Below are positions 63,180-64,000 of a stretch of DNA of 64,000 nucleotides, one piece after another; the stretch's first letter is position 1; every line of letters starts with the position of its first letter. The stretch lies in contig CBDHDI010000012.1 in NCBI GenBank assembly GCA_965261685.1, positions 2,426 through 66,425 on the forward strand. Reading direction: 5' to 3'. This DNA is from Dehalococcoidia bacterium (lineage in GTDB: Bacteria; Chloroflexota; Dehalococcoidia; UBA2979). The notes beneath the pieces are model-generated. The model worked only from the letters and a program-made list of their open reading frames with translations. It ran no database searches and had not been told where the DNA came from. Position numbers and translations under genes: made by a program.

Positions 63180-64000
63180 GCGACGCTGGCAGCGACCTCG
63201 TCGTGATCGGCGGGGGGCCGGGCGGGTACCCCGCGGCCTTCCTCGCCGCCGACATGGGCATGAAGGTCACCCTGATCGACGACGCGCCGAACCCCGGCGG
63301 CGTCTGCCTCTACCGCGGCTGCATCCCCTCCAAGGCGCTGCTGCACGTCGCCGCGCAGCTCGAGGAGGCGCAACAGGCCGCCGAGTGGGGCGTCAGCTAT
63401 GGGCCGCCCTCGATCAACCTCGACAAGCTGCGCCAGTGGAAGCAGGGCGTGGTCAACCGCCTGACCGGCGGGCTCGGCCAGCTGACGAAGCAGCACGGCG
63501 TCGAGTTCGTGAGCGGGCGCGCCCGCTTCGACGGCCCGCGCTCCGTCGTGGTCACGCCGGCCGAGGGCGAGCCGCGCACGATCGGCTTCGAGTACGCGAT
63601 CGTCGCGACCGGCTCGCTGCCGGCCACCGTCCCCGGCCTCGCGCTGGACTCGCCGCTGGTGCTGGACTCCACCTCGGCGCTGGAGCTGGAGCGCGTCCCG
63701 GAGACGCTGCTGGTCGTCGGCGGCGGCTACATCGGCCTCGAGCTGGGCAGCGTCTACGCGGCGCTCGGCTCGCGCGTCACGGTCGTCGAGATGACGGCGG
63801 GCCTGCTGCCGGGCGTCGATCGCGACCTCGTGCGCACGCTGCAGCGCCGCCTGCGGAGCAGCTTCGAGGCGATCCGGCTGGAGACGACGGTGCTCGCGAT
63901 GGAGGAGGCCGAGGGCGGCGTGATGGCCCGTCTCGCCGGCACGGACGGCGCGCCCGCGGACGAGCTGTTCGCCCAGGTGCTGGTCGCCGTGGGCCGCCGT
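63176..64000 (+). CDS. lpdA: Dihydrolipoyl dehydrogenase E3 (partial, runs off the window)
   Basis: GTG 63176 overlaps the E2 stop. DLVVIGGGPGGYPAAFLAAD...GGVCLYRGCIPSKALL...LLVVGGGYIGLELGS. Confidence 0.95.
   Translation, partial: MSDAGSDLVVIGGGPGGYPAAFLAADMGMKVTLIDDAPNPGGVCLYRGCIPSKALLHVAAQLEEAQQAAEWGVSYGPPSINLDKLRQWKQGVVNRLTGGLGQLTKQHGVEFVSGRARFDGPRSVVVTPAEGEPRTIGFEYAIVATGSLPATVPGLALDSPLVLDSTSALELERVPETLLVVGGGYIGLELGSVYAALGSRVTVVEMTAGLLPGVDRDLVRTLQRRLRSSFEAIRLETTVLAMEEAEGGVMARLAGTDGAPADELFAQVLVAVGRR

Overview
High-GC window: sampled 100-nt stretches of core genes are about 72% G+C by hand count. The source is probably an actinobacterial- or Chloroflexi-like chromosome, but I cannot assign taxonomy from sequence alone. 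Two kinds of content are interleaved.

(1) Ordinary metabolic genes.
- There are seven family III (CaiB/BaiF) CoA-transferase genes carrying nine domains. Two of these genes are tandem two-domain fusions.
- Alongside them sit a methylmalonyl-CoA-epimerase-like VOC gene, a cyclase, an acyl-CoA dehydrogenase, a double hot-dog hydratase, amidohydrolase and phosphotriesterase-type hydrolases, a Zn-ADH, an ABC-F ATPase, ribokinase and several MFS transporters.
- At the right end is a tightly coupled lipB-lipA-aceE-E2-lpd (lipoate / pyruvate dehydrogenase) operon.

(2) Strongly accessory, decaying content.
- Four low-GC islets (hand counts about 48-61% G+C) encode conflict-type proteins: a RES-domain protein with a Cys-rich N-terminal module, a DUF6119/TIGR04141-like 551-aa protein, a HEPN-like protein next to higBA, and a Fic plus YgjP/M48-peptidase pair.
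- There are five toxin-antitoxin loci: three vapBC, one higBA and a decayed brnTA.
- Mobile DNA includes an intact IS1380-family element with a 5-bp TSD splitting a sarcosine-oxidase-like gene, an IS110-family element next to an IS481 fragment, and a truncated serine recombinase abutting a truncated yhhQ.

The most unusual structural signal is a recurring architecture in which a cargo gene is bracketed by long direct repeats (about 65-176 bp, one a perfect 74-mer) copied from the 3' end of the neighbouring gene. No rRNA, tRNA or CRISPR array was recognised. Many long ORFs in the track are antisense or off-frame shadows typical of high-GC DNA and were not called.
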